Below, one piece after another: positions 43,881 through 56,100 of a DNA stretch of 64,000 nt. The DNA comes from Corallochytrium limacisporum Hawaii. Taxonomy: Eukaryota > Protista > Pluriformea. Below the pieces are notes generated by a model. It did not search any database. It saw nothing but the letters and a program-made list of their open reading frames with translations, and had not been told where the DNA came from. The position numbers and the translations under genes were made by a program. How positions within the stretch are numbered: the stretch's first letter is position 1; each line of letters opens with the position of its first letter. The stretch spans positions 1-64,000 of the forward strand of contig PDIP01000087.1 of the NCBI GenBank assembly GCA_002811645.1, in the 5' to 3' direction.

Positions 43881-46361
43881 TCACTGTTCCACAGCCATGG
43901 CCTCAGCAGCAGCAGCGGCGGCGGCAGAGTGGCCGGAGCCGTGGTGTTGCGGCGACGGGCTCATGCTCCGCGAGGAAGAAGGACTTGGCGTGGTCGCGGT
44001 GCTGTCGTTGATCTTGACGACCCTTTCCGCAGCAACGACATCTTCTGCCATCAAGTCCGTAGGGCCAGCATTGGGCAGAGGGTAGGCAATATGCGAGCGC
44101 GCGGTGCTGGCCCCGGAGGACATGACCGCAGCCTCGCCTCCCTGTGCCGCCAGAGTCTTCTCAAAGACAGGCGTGGCCATGAGAGCAGCGTCGTGGCAAT
44201 CCATGCCCTTCTCCTCGTTGTGGGCAAGAATGGAGCTGCAGTAGCTGAGCAGATCGAGGCCATTGTAGGTCCGGCCCACAGGGGCAGGAGGCACGTTGTC
44301 CATGCCACCGTTGATCATGGTACTGGATGTCGACTCCGTGCGGGTCAGTCCGACGCGCTTGGGGATGGTGGCGGGCACATTGTCCTCGTTGCTGGATTCG
44401 GTTGGAGAAGGCTCCGCGGACTCCCGACGGCTCGAATTCATGCTCATCGTGGCAACGGACTGACCAGAGATCGACGAACGGTGAGTCAGACCTCCCGCAA
44501 CGTCCGCGCTAACGCTGCTGCTGGAGAGCTGCTTCTCCTCCTCGAGGGTCTTGATCACCTCGCGGGACACGAGGGCTGCCGCAGCAATGGCTGCGGCACG
44601 CTCCTTGGCGGCAGCATGTGCGTCCGCGACCGCTTGAGCAGCAGCGATGGGATTAATGTGGTACCAACTGTCTCCGTAGCCATGGGGCACATTGCCGCCA
44701 GCACTCTGCATAATCGCTGAGAGATGCTCGGAGCTCAGACTACCGTCCCCTCGGAAGGTCAAGTGGGAGGCGGACTGGTGCCAGTGGTCTACACCGTCCT
44801 TGGACGAGACTCCAGAGTCCTTGCGTGCCAAGGAGTGGGGGTGGTGGCCATCCCGGTCAGACTGTGCCTGGGCAGCCGCAGCAGCCTTGCGAGCCTGGCG
44901 CTCCTTCACGGTCGAACTGAGGCGTTCAATGGTCAGGCGGTGCTTATCAGCAGCGTTGCTGGTACCCTGCTCACCATCCCCCTGGTGTTCACGCGCAGCA
45001 GCATCGACGAGGTCCGGGTGGACAGCGGCGGCTGCGGCGGCGGCCATGAGAGCGTTGCCACCGTCCTGGAGGTGAGCGCCGTGGAGCGGGGGAGCGGGGT
45101 GGTAGGCACCACCGTAGGTGCCGCGGTAGTAGTCGTGGGCATGGTGCGCAGCGGCGGCCGGGTGGTGGGCGTAGTAGGTGCCACCGTTCAAAGACTGCTC
45201 AGAGCTGCGACGGTGGTCGGCAGGAGCAATGGGGCGCATAGCGTCGGGACCGCTGACACTGCTGCCGCTGTCCTCGGCACGAATGATTTCGCGAATGGTG
45301 CGCTCGCGCTCGCCCTTGGCCTTCTTGGAGCTCTTCTTGCCGGAAGCGCTGGCAGGGTCGTGGATAATGTTGCCATTGGCATCACGCTGCTTCGGGGGAC
45401 GCCCCACAGAACGCTTAACCTTGGGCTGGCCATCTGCGTCCTTCTTGCCGGAGCCGGGCTTGCGGCCGGGCTTTTTCTTGCTGGTCATGGCCGCACTGGC
45501 GGCAGCGGCGGCGGCGGCGGCGGCATCCATGTCGTGACTGACCGGACCATAGGGCTGATAGGCGTTGAACCGCGGATAGTCACCTTCGCCGTCGTTCTGG
45601 CCGTTCATGGTGCTGCGGCGGCGCTTCTTGGCGGAGGTGCCTGCGGAGGCCTTGCCCTCTTCGCTGTCGGCATCCTCCACATCCTCGTCCATCATGTCCT
45701 CATCGTCATCGTTGGTCATGGAGATGCGACGACCATTGACAGCAGCCACGGCCTCCTGGCCGTAGGCTTCGTGCGCGCGGCGCACAGCTTCGACGTTAGT
45801 GTGCAAGAGGCCGCCGTAAATGTTATGCACACGTTCCAGGTGCTCGTGCAGACTGGCGGCATCGTTGGTGACCTTGTCGCATCCGGGAACGGCGCACATG
45901 AAGGTCGAATGGGTGCGCAAATGCTGGGTTAGGTTGCCAGACTCAGTGAAGCGCTTGCCGCAGCCAGGGACGGTGCACCCGTACGGCTTGAGGCCGTTAT
46001 GGCTGCGCATGTGCTTGGTGAGAATGTCAAGCCGGCTGAAGCGCTTGCCACAGCGGGGGTGCTTGCAGACATACGGTTTCTCGCCAGTGTGCGTGCGCAG
46101 ATGGCTCAGTAGCTTCTGGCGAGTGGTGAAGGGCCGCTCGTCACGCAGACAGCCCTGCCAGCGGCAGGCACCGTCCCAGTGGTCGTATGGGCTCTTCTTG
46201 GGGCCAACGTGACTCTTGGTCAGGTGTGCCACCATGGTGTTCATGCTTGGGAATTCAGCAAAGCATCCGCGCCAGCGGCAGATGAAGGGTCCTTGGTAGA
46301 CGCCCACAGATTCATCGTTCGGGTCCACCCGACCGGCCATACGTGAGTCTACCGCGGGCAT
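43881..46361 (-). CDS. GLI/GLIS/ZIC-like C2H2 zinc-finger transcription factor, 826 aa
   Basis: Five fingers; the first two have CRW..C (tandem CWCH2); linkers HTGEKPY and HNGLKPY; FSRLDILTKHMRSH; AT-hook-like KPGRKP and VGRPPK; Ala/His-rich tail. Confidence 0.85.
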   Translation of the reverse strand: MPAVDSRMAGRVDPNDESVGVYQGPFICRWRGCFAEFPSMNTMVAHLTKSHVGPKKSPYDHWDGACRWQGCLRDERPFTTRQKLLSHLRTHTGEKPYVCKHPRCGKRFSRLDILTKHMRSHNGLKPYGCTVPGCGKRFTESGNLTQHLRTHSTFMCAVPGCDKVTNDAASLHEHLERVHNIYGGLLHTNVEAVRRAHEAYGQEAVAAVNGRRISMTNDDDEDMMDEDVEDADSEEGKASAGTSAKKRRRSTMNGQNDGEGDYPRFNAYQPYGPVSHDMDAAAAAAAAASAAMTSKKKPGRKPGSGKKDADGQPKVKRSVGRPPKQRDANGNIIHDPASASGKKSSKKAKGERERTIREIIRAEDSGSSVSGPDAMRPIAPADHRRSSEQSLNGGTYYAHHPAAAAHHAHDYYRGTYGGAYHPAPPLHGAHLQDGGNALMAAAAAAAVHPDLVDAAAREHQGDGEQGTSNAADKHRLTIERLSSTVKERQARKAAAAAQAQSDRDGHHPHSLARKDSGVSSKDGVDHWHQSASHLTFRGDGSLSSEHLSAIMQSAGGNVPHGYGDSWYHINPIAAAQAVADAHAAAKERAAAIAAAALVSREVIKTLEEEKQLSSSSVSADVAGGLTHRSSISGQSVATMSMNSSRRESAEPSPTESSNEDNVPATIPKRVGLTRTESTSSTMINGGMDNVPPAPVGRTYNGLDLLSYCSSILAHNEEKGMDCHDAALMATPVFEKTLAAQGGEAAVMSSGASTARSHIAYPLPNAGPTDLMAEDVVAAERVVKINDSTATTPSPSSSRSMSPSPQHHGSGHSAAAAAAAEAMAVEQ

Positions 46362-47106
46362 TGTGGTTGATGTTAAGATGTTGATGTTAAGAAATGTAGA
46401 TGTTGATGGATGGTAAGGAAGCTACTATGTTGATGCAAAATGTGGTGCAAAAAAGATGTTGGTGAAATGCAAAGGTGAGCGAAAGATAAACTATGGCTTC
46501 TCAGATCGAAATCGGTTTGAGTGTAGTGGGAAAAACACACGCACGTTTACAACACAGACACTCGAATTACTTGAGCTTTTCTATGTTCAGAACAGGTGAG
46601 TAAAGGTGAAAATCACACACGCAAAGTTTGCTCGAACTCTCTGTTACGCACACAAAAAGGAAAAAGGACAGTACCTCAAGAAGACGGTTACCAGCGGATA
46701 GGGATGCCAGATCCTTTCTTCGGCCAGTAAACTAGTCTCACACCAAGAAGACCGCCAGACTCTTTTTCTTTTCGTACACTTAAGCAGCAATACAGCTGTT
46801 GCCTTTGGTGAATTCAAGGCTGTTGGTTTACCCTTTCTTTCGACGAAGAAAAGGTCCGGTTTAAAAACCAAACAGATCCTTATACGCGCATGAAGGGAGC
46901 CACCTTCTGCCGTGTATTCCAGAAACCCTCTCGATCTTTATACCCTCTGATCAAACACAGGCTTGGGCGACAAGAGCACGACGTATGAACACGAAGAAAG
47001 CACCACAGAGTGCGCGTTCGGAACACTGGAGCAAGAGAGCGCGTTCAGAACTTCCAGCTCGGATGCGCGAGCAAAGGAGACAAGAGACTCGCAAACGAAC
47101 AACCCC

Positions 47107-47176
47107 ACACACACACACACACACACAGACACACACACACACACGCTCACACAATCGCAAACACACACACACACAC
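47107..47176. repeat. (CA)n microsatellite cluster upstream of the zinc-finger gene
   Basis: Interrupted acacacac tracts. (GA)n at about 47480-47503 and (CACG)n at about 47683-47703 lie nearby. Confidence 0.85.
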
Positions 47177-50100
47177 CCCGACCGACCCATTTGTCCGGAA
47201 CGCTTGCTACCAGGCCACGGAGAGAGAGCCCACAGATAAAAAGCCCCCCCCCACTCCCTCTCTCTCTCTCTCCTGCACTCTTCCTCCGGGGGAGGGGGGG
47301 ACTCACTCTCTCGGCTTTTTGTCTTCGCCTCCCCCAATTTCCGGGCCACCCTCCCAGGGGGGAGGGAGGCCCGCGGGGGAGGCGGGGGGAGGGGGGGGGA
47401 CAAAACCCACCACCACCACCAGCGCCACGGACGCAAAAAAAAAAAGAAAAATTAGGAAAAAGAGACTTCCGAGCCAAGGGAGAGAGAGAGAGAGAGAGAG
47501 AGACAGAAAGAAAAGCGATAAATTCAAAAAAACTTAGAACCAAAAAATTGAAACAAAGGAAGAAGAACACAAAGCAAGGAAGACACGCACACACACACCC
47601 CCACGGGGCAGAGAGTTTAGGACACGAAACCCACAAACGAGAGAGACCAAAAGGTTTTTCGCGCAGCGGAACACACACACACACGCACGCACGCACGCAC
47701 GCACAACCGTTCCTTCGCTTTGGACCGCGTCGTCCGCCGCCCGTCGGTTTCTGGCTAACTTTTTCTTTCTTTCTTTCTTTTGTTGCTGTTTTTTGGGGGG
47801 GAACGCGCAAAAAAAATAGGGGCAGAGCCAAAGTGCCAAAAGTTGAGAACGGGTTCTAAAAAATAACGCGGGGCGGGCGACGGGACCGTTCGGCCCGATT
47901 CTAACTCCCTTTTTTTTTCTGTTTCTTTCGTTTTTGTGTGTGGCTGGGCCTCATTGCCTAGACTTCCCGCGAGACCCCTTCCTTACTCTCCTCCCCTCCC
48001 CCGCTTCCTTTTGTCCGTCGCCTCGCTTCCCCCCCCCTCCCCCACCACCACTCCCCCCAACCAACACACACGCACCGTCGCTCACTCACTCTCGAAGGGC
48101 CCACCCGCAGTGCCTAACCACCGTCATAAAAAAACACACACACAACGAAAGACAAGAAAACAGAAAAGCGGCCCGTTGGACTGCGTACACGCGTGTGCGT
48201 GGTTGTGCGTGTGTGTGTGTGTGTGTTTGGTTTTTGAGGGGACCCGTGGGTGGGTCGACGGAATCGTCAGTCTCCCTCCCTTTCGTCCACCGGTACTGAG
48301 CCTTTGGTTCAATTGGCAAGAGGGAGAGAGCGCGCGCCCTTTTTTTCTCCCTTTCTTTTCTTTTCCCCTTTTCCCCCGAAGGGACCCTTTTCCCCGTCGT
48401 TCTGGCTTTGCAGGACTCTTGAGTTCGCTGCTCCCTCCCTCCTCCCTCCCCCACCGACGGCCCCAGCAGCGCGTATACCCGGGCTACTGCAGATTCGTTT
48501 CCTTTTTTAGAGCGGAGACTGTGACGGTGCTGTGTGTTCCACCGCGCACATTTGCGTGTGCCAGCCAAACGGCGCGATAGGACAAAGAGCGGCCGGGGGG
48601 AGAGGGAGTCTTTAAAAAAAACCCGCGAGCACATGCTCACCCATCTCGGGCGAGTTTCTATACTGAATGTATTGACGCGCCTTTTTCCCGGCCCGGGGGG
48701 TGGGGGGGGGGAGAGGGTGGTTTCGCAGGCACCCGCGGTGGGACGGGCAGGGAGAACAAGAAAAAAGACAGGGTCGGAACGGAAGAACGTTTCAAAAAAA
48801 AAAAAAAAACAACCGAAAGGGCCTGCGCTACCCAAATAGAAAAAAAAAAGGAATAACGGGAGGGGCCGTGAGTTTGAGTCCACTTTATTATGTATACGAT
48901 TCGGAGGGGCCCGCCATTCTCTAAACCCACCCACCCCCCTCCTCCCTCCTTCCCCTGCGATGGATGGTGTCCTCCTTTCATCTTCCTCCGTCCCTTGTTT
49001 TCCCTTTCCTATCCGTTGCATATTAGTCTTTCCTTGTTTTTCACAGCTCGCTTGTTTTATATTCTGAAGGTACTCACTGAAAATGTTAGAAATCTTAGAA
49101 ATGCTAGAACAGAGGAAAAAGCCAACATCTGCCGCGGGTAAAGAGGGGAGGACCCCCCGGGGGGAGAAGTGGGCCGGCCAAGGACCCCGAAAAACAAAAA
49201 GAAGAAGAGAAGCGGGTTCCTTCTCACCCGACCCCCCCCCCTACGAAAGTGCGTGTTCTTGTGTGCCCTGCCTTCACTTCCCCTCGGAAAGAGAGAGAAA
49301 AGAAAAAGAGTTTTCTTTTTATATCGAGTTGCGTAGCACTTCAAGTGTGTGTGTTTTTTGGGCAATCCGGCAAATTTTGGTGACACGTCCCTCTCTCTTG
49401 TCTTTTTAGCTTCGCGTCTTTGCTCCGGCTTAGGGGAAGGTGGGGTTTTATGTGGCAGGCGTTAGTTGCCGTGCAGCCAGGCCAACTGTCCAATTTGGTG
49501 TAACGGAAACCGTCTCCACCAACCGGTGCAATTTTCTATAGAATATGTGTATTGAATCACACAAGTTCTCTAGGAATTTAGCACAAAGAACCCCCCCTCC
49601 CCCGGCGGGATTGTGCGCCGTGCTGATCGGTGGTGATGATCTAACCCACCCCACCGACCCTCTCTTCCTTCTGTCCTGGCGAACGCCAGCCAATTTGTCA
49701 CGACACATACGTGTACGGCTGGGCATGTGGAAAAGCTCTGTTTTTTGTTGTTGGGGTGTGCTGTGGGGGGATGTGTGTGTGTGTGTGTTATCTTTGATGG
49801 CTTTAATCTGTGACCCTTTATTCACATGTGGGAGTGGAGAGTTTGTTACCCAGTGGGGGGTCTTCTTCGTTCATTTCTTTGGAGAGAGGCTCTCCCTTCC
49901 TCCGCGGTGGGTGAGACGGGAGGAGAAGGAGAGGGAACGGGAGAAGGGGGGGGGGGGGGCACTTTGCCCGCGCAGCTTTATCCCCTGAGAATGTTGTCCA
50001 GTTCTCTTCTCCATGTGCCTACAAATAATTGTTGATCAACAGAAAAAATGTGGATGAGAGGGGCTTTTGGGCACGATAACAGTAATTGGCCGATGGGGGT

Positions 50101-53100
50101 CTTTACGGGTGACGGTTGTTTTGTTCGGTGTGCCGGTTCACCCAATTTCTAACAAACGGAGCGGCGGTATCGATGTATTTTTGGTGGCGCCGAACAAAAT
50201 TCGGAAAATGAGCGGATAGAGCGTCCCCTTCCCCCTCTCCACTGTGGTGGTCTACGTTTGGTTTTTTCCTATACTGAATCAACTGAAGAAAAGAATGGAA
50301 ACTCAGAAATCAGCCAGCAGAGGGAGGCGGCCGGCGCGTTCCATCCGGGAGGGGGGGGGGGGAAGCCCCTTCGCGAAATCCGCAATTTGTGCCAAAAATA
50401 AACTACGCCTGTTTTTCCCTTGGTCCCGCTCCAAAATGGGTCATGGGTTAGAATCCAACACACACACACAAACCCCTCCCTCTTCCCTTTCGTCTCTGTA
50501 ATTTTTTCCTCCGGGTTCCACACTCCCGAGTGTGCTTGCTTGCTTAACTTTTTCCATTTCCTATTTTTTTCTATTTGGTCAGAACACCCTACAGTGTACC
50601 TCCACCACCACCACCGACTTCCGGTATCTTTGTAACATTGGGCGAGATGTGTGCGTGTTTTGTGTCCCGGTTCCCCGGCGGAGATAGGGAAGAATGGGCG
50701 CAGAAAGGCTCAAGGTTCCCGTTCACCGTGAATGTCGGCTTCCCCTCTCCCCCCCCCCGGGCCCGCCCTCTCCTGCGCGCACCCAACTACCCCCGCTTCC
50801 TGAGGCAAAAAAAAGTGCGGGTCAAGGGCGGGTCACTGGAATTGTTAGTACTTTCATTACTGGATCTGGCCGCTACCATATTTATTACTTTTTGGTCTTT
50901 CGTTCTTGTATTCGCTGTTGCCTAAAGCGTTGACTTAGAGACAAGACAGCCGGAGAGAAGGTGTCCTTTGCCATGGATCAACGTTCTCTTGTGAACCCCC
51001 ATTGCTTAGCCATGGTAAGGCCAGGCAAAGGAAACGGGTGAGCGATCGAAAGGATGCGGCCAAGAAACCGAACACGTCCGCGGAAAGGGAGGGGGTGGAA
51101 GCGTGTATTTTGGGTGAAAAAGGACTCTGCGAAAACTAAGCAAGAACCCATCCCGAAAAAAGAAAACAAAGGGAAAAATTGCAGAAAAAGTCGGGTGTTT
51201 CTTTGTCGGTCGAAACCCTTTCATCTGACCCGGCTTTTGTTCGGTGGGGGCATTTTTCTTGGCCCCAGCTCACACCGCACAGGCCCAAGGAGAGAAATCG
51301 GTAAATAACCCACCCACCCCCCCNNNNNNNNNNNNNNNNNNNNNNNNNNNNNNNNNNNNNNNNNNNNNNNNNNNNNNNNNNNNNNNNNNNNNNNNNNNNN
51401 NNGGGAGAAACCCACCTTGGCGGGCGGGTTCAACTACCCGCCAAGGTGGGTTTCTCCCGGTTTAAGTACTCGACGGGAGAGAGATCCTTCAAAAAGTGTT
51501 GTTTTGGTTGTGGACAGGAGAGTCTCTCACGCACCGACTTCACCCGCGACCCACGCACTCACAGACCCGCAAATTGGGACATTGTTGTCAAGACGAGTAT
51601 CTGTGTTCTCACCGTATCAGCAATCGGGAAAATTTGTTTTGGTTGGTGCGTCGACGAAAGTTTCTTACCGTGATGACTGCGAGCAGTACTTTACGAAGAA
51701 ACCGAACAACGAGGGAGAAAAAAAAGAGAGGTTGGCACCTGCCGTCCCCTCACTTTTCGGTGATTTGGCCTCTCTCCGCAATGGGAGTGTATGTACTGCG
51801 ATCGCATAAGTCCTAAACCCAAACAACATTCGACCAATTTTTTACCGGGTTTCTAACTCTCAAGAAACCGGGAAACGAAGGAACAGCTTTTGACTTTTGT
51901 ATATTCCGGAACAAAAGGGGACGGGGATCCGTGGTTATGCACCGGCAATAGCGGTGCCAGAGGCATAGGAGGGTCATAATCTGCGTAACAACAAACCCGC
52001 GTTTTAGTGGCCCGCTGCATTGATGCGTTCCATGAGGCAAAAGAAAAAAGGAAAGGAGAGGTGGTGGGGAGACACGCGAACAACGCCACGAAATGATTCG
52101 CGCTTTCCATATTTTCAATATGAATGAAGTCTGCATTTCTGCTGGCGCCAGCTTTTTTGGGGCGCGAGGAGGAGAGGGGGGGGAGCAGGGCATGGGGTTT
52201 TCCGAGTCCTGGCTTATTATTTAACAAATGAACCAATTCTCTCAATTTCAGTAGTCAATATACTTCTGTCCCCAATATTTTCTCAGAGTCATTGGTTGTA
52301 GCGAGTACGGGCCATTATTTTTCCGCAGCACTGGAGTTTCCCTTCGATAGCCACCTGGCGTCACCGTTACCCCAACCCTTTTCCGTGTGTTGTGTCGAAG
52401 GATTCTATTGAATTTACTGCCGCTTTTTCCGGCGGCAGCCAAATCCCGTGCTTGCACACAGAATAGACGAGACCCAGAGCGTGCGTGTGTGTGTACGTGT
52501 ATCTGTCTGTCCGGACGGCAAGGGCAGCGGTTCGTTGGTGAGCGGAGGGAAAAAATAACGAGAGCTTTTTTCTTGGCTCGTCCAAGGGTGTGCGGTCATC
52601 CATTTTTGATAATTGTTGATCGTTCCTGTCTATGCGAAATATACTGTTCTCTGCGGAACCACGATCTCGCTCGACTGCAAACGTTGCAACACGGGCCCTC
52701 CTCCCTTCCCAGCCTCCATCGTTCGATTCACCGCGCGTCTCCTTCTTCTTGGGCTGGCCAACGTTGGCGGGCGACCCGACCGATTTCTCCATACTTTCGC
52801 TATACAACCTGCCGCTTGAGACCCCTTCGCAGAAAATCCGACCACCGACAGTTGCCCTTTTTGTCGACCCACTTCAGCCAATCACGGGGCCGCATGGTAC
52901 CGGCCGGTTGTCGATGGAGCGATGCAAAATGTTTGGGACGTTGTGAGCCGGCGGAGGGGTGGGAGGGAGGCATCCTCCAGCATGCCCAGCTCCTTTCCCG
53001 TTCTCCCCAAACCACCACCACCTTCGGCCTCTTGCCACATCGCCTCCTCCCACCGACGCTCGTTCGGATAGACTTCTCGAGTAAACGATACTGCATACAT

Positions 53101-56100
53101 CACTGTTGTTAGCTACTGCATTAATGGGACCATTGTGCTACAATCCCCGGCGCGCCCAACCTCCACGAGATGCGAGCGGTGAGAGCTTAGCGCTGTTAAA
53201 CGAGGCTCATGTCTTTCCTCCGGGCAAGAGCGACGCTGTCCTCTTTCTTTTTGTTTTTTGTTTTTTTTCTTTTTTTGGCTGGGCAAGATAAAGGCACGGA
53301 GAACCCTCCCCGCCATCAGAGAGAGAGAGGGGGAAATGCCGACACGCTATTTTGATCTCACATCGGACTAGATAAGAACTTTCATATGCGGGTACGTGCC
53401 CAGCCACTTTTGCAAACAGAAAACAACAACAACAACAACAACAACGACCACCCACGACTCCCCTCCTCTCCCTCCAAGGCACCCCAGGACAAAAAGGAAA
53501 AATATAAAGAAGTTTTGAAAAAAGCCACTTTGTCTCCCGCGCCCGCCCTCCCTTTTTCATTATGTACATTTGCTTCGCACACACATGTCGGCAGAAACTC
53601 TACTTTTCGGGCCGTTCTCCTGCGGAAAAATAGAACAAAGAAAAGCAGGTGACGTATGAATGGTAGACATACCCAGAGACCCCCCCCTTTCCTTCAGCGG
53701 CCGTAGGAATCTGCTAATCCTGATAATGAATATATGAGGCCATGGACACGGCCGCGTTACTNNNNNNNNNNNNNNNNNNNNNNNNNNNNNNNNNNNNNNN
53801 NNNNNNNNNNNNNNNNNNNNNNNNNNNNNNNNNNNNNNNNNNNNNNNNNNNNNNNNNNNNNNNNNNNNNNNNNNNNNNNNNNNNNNNNNNNNNNNNNNNN
53901 NNNNNNNNNNNNNNNNNNNNNNNNNNNNNNNNNNNNNNNNNNNNNNNNNNNNNNNNNNNNNNNNNNNNNNNNNNNNNNNNNNNNNNNNNNNNNNNNNNNN
54001 NNNNNNNNNNNNNNNNNNNNNNNNNNNNNNNNNNNNNNNNNNNNNNNNNNNNNNNNNNNNNNNNNNNNNNNNNNNNNNNNNNNNNNNNNNNNNNNNNNNN
54101 NNNNNNNNNNNNNNNNNNNNNNNNNNNNNNNNNNNNNNNNNNNNNNNNNNNNNNNNNNNNNNNNNNNNNNNNNNNNNNNNNNNNNNNNNNNNNNNNNNNN
54201 NNNNNNNNNNNNNNNNNNNNNNNNNNNNNNNNNNNNNNNNNNNNNNNNNNNNNNNNNNNNNNNNNNNNNNNNNNNNNNNNNNCGAAGGGTTCAACATCCT
54301 TTCCTCCCGTTTGTTGTGTTTTTTTTTGTTTTTTTTAAAAGAACATATTCTGATTCACTGAGACGCGCGGGACGTGCTGATCCAACAGAGGGGTATGGGA
54401 GTCATATGTACACTCGGGGTCACAAACTATTGTACTTTCATTACTGAGGATCTGGGTTCCCTTTTCAGGCAGTGTATCAGCCCCGGACTCCTGTCCGCCG
54501 TTTTTCTTCTTCCAGGTCTGCAGTTTACGAAGTTGCAAACAGTCGCCCGGGGTGACGCCGCGAAGCCGCCCATTTTTTTTTCCCCAATGGCACAGAAATG
54601 CACAAGGCAGAAAAAGAGAGAGAGAGAGAGAGAGAGAGAGCTGTGTGTGTGTCGAAAATTCTCGCTTCCTGTAAAATTAAACAGTACACTAACTATATAA
54701 TCACGCGGAGTCTATTTTTAGACCCTGGTGAAAACATCGCCCGGTGGTGCGTTCCTCTCCCGGGAAGGGCTTTCGCGATCGCTGGCGAGGATGTCACACG
54801 CGGGAACACTGACAAAAACCGGAACACAACCCCCCCAGGAGCAAAAGAGTGCCAATGAATTTTCTCCAGTTTACTGAATAACATTCCTGTGGGCAAGGAA
54901 CGAGCAGTTTGGGAGAATGAGAGGTGTTCACAACATCCAATCTGGCTACAGAAAGGAAAACAAGGAAAGAAGGATCGACAACTCTCCCCCCCCCTCCCCC
55001 CGGGAGCTCCCCCCTTTTCCTCTTGTGCGGTAGAAAGAAGGGGGTTTCTTGCCCAATGATTTGCGATTGTGTAATTGGGTTCTTGTACACCGTTTGGTGA
55101 ACTTGATTCTTCGGTCTCATTGCTTTTTGCTTCTGTCTGCTGGTCAGTGTTCTTTGGGAGTGTGCTGAATGGCTGACTGATCTGTCATCAAGTTCTCATC
55201 TGACCGAATCGTGTCTGTTTGCGGTCAAACATCTCCATTCATTCAATATGGACATGATTGTCCACTTGGCACTTTAACTCTTGTGTGCAAGGCTTGCATG
55301 ATGGTGATGGCCATGATGATGGAATGATAGTGCAGGCTGTTGGTTGCAGACGAGGAAGGCGGCGTGTTGACTGTGTTTCTTCTGGCCAATGTCACTATCG
55401 CTTGATCGGAGACTCGCTCGCCTTTTGAAACGCAACTCCCGCTCTCCTCGATTTCAGACCTTGTTTTTTTGGGGTGCTCCACGCGGAAGTGTTCGACAAC
55501 GGTGAAAATAGAGAGAGAGAGGTAATGACATTCCACTATCGTCGTGATCATGTACACACTTCTGTACGAAGAAATAGGACACAGACACCCCTCGGTCACT
55601 CATCTTGAGGATCTATTTACAAATGTTACCATCACACATCTAACCCATCCAGAAATTCCACGGATTCTTTCGCTTCATCTCCCATCAAAGGCACTCATTT
55701 GGAGAAACCCCGTGGATCCTGTCCAGTCATCTACCCTCCCCCCCCCGCTGATGACCCACGCACTCCCCCCCCGNNNNNNNNNNNNNNNNNNNNNNNNNNN
55801 NNNNNNNNNNNNNNNNNNNNNNNNNNNNNNNNNNNNNNNNNNNNNNNNNNNNNNNNNNNNNNNNNNNNNNNNNNNNNNNNNNNNNNNNNNNNNNNNNNNN
55901 NNNNNNNNNNNNNNNNNNNNNNNNNNNNNNNNNNNNNNNNNNNNNNNNNNNNNNNNNNNNNNNNNNNNNNNNNNNNNNNNNNNNNNNNNNNNNNNNNNNN
56001 NNNNNNNNNNNNNNNNNNNNNNNNNNNNNNNNNNNNNNNNNNNNNNNNNNNNNNNNNNNNNNNNNNNNNNNNNNNNNNNNNNNNNNNNNNNNNNNNNNNN

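Noticed and set aside
46938-49021. ORFs of 200-310 aa in the region upstream of the zinc-finger gene
   Set aside because: They are translations of CA/GA microsatellites and homopolymers (THTH, ERER, CVCV); not credible proteins.
52700-52745. GTTCGATTC T-loop-like motif
   Set aside because: No acceptor, D or anticodon stems could be formed; not a tRNA.
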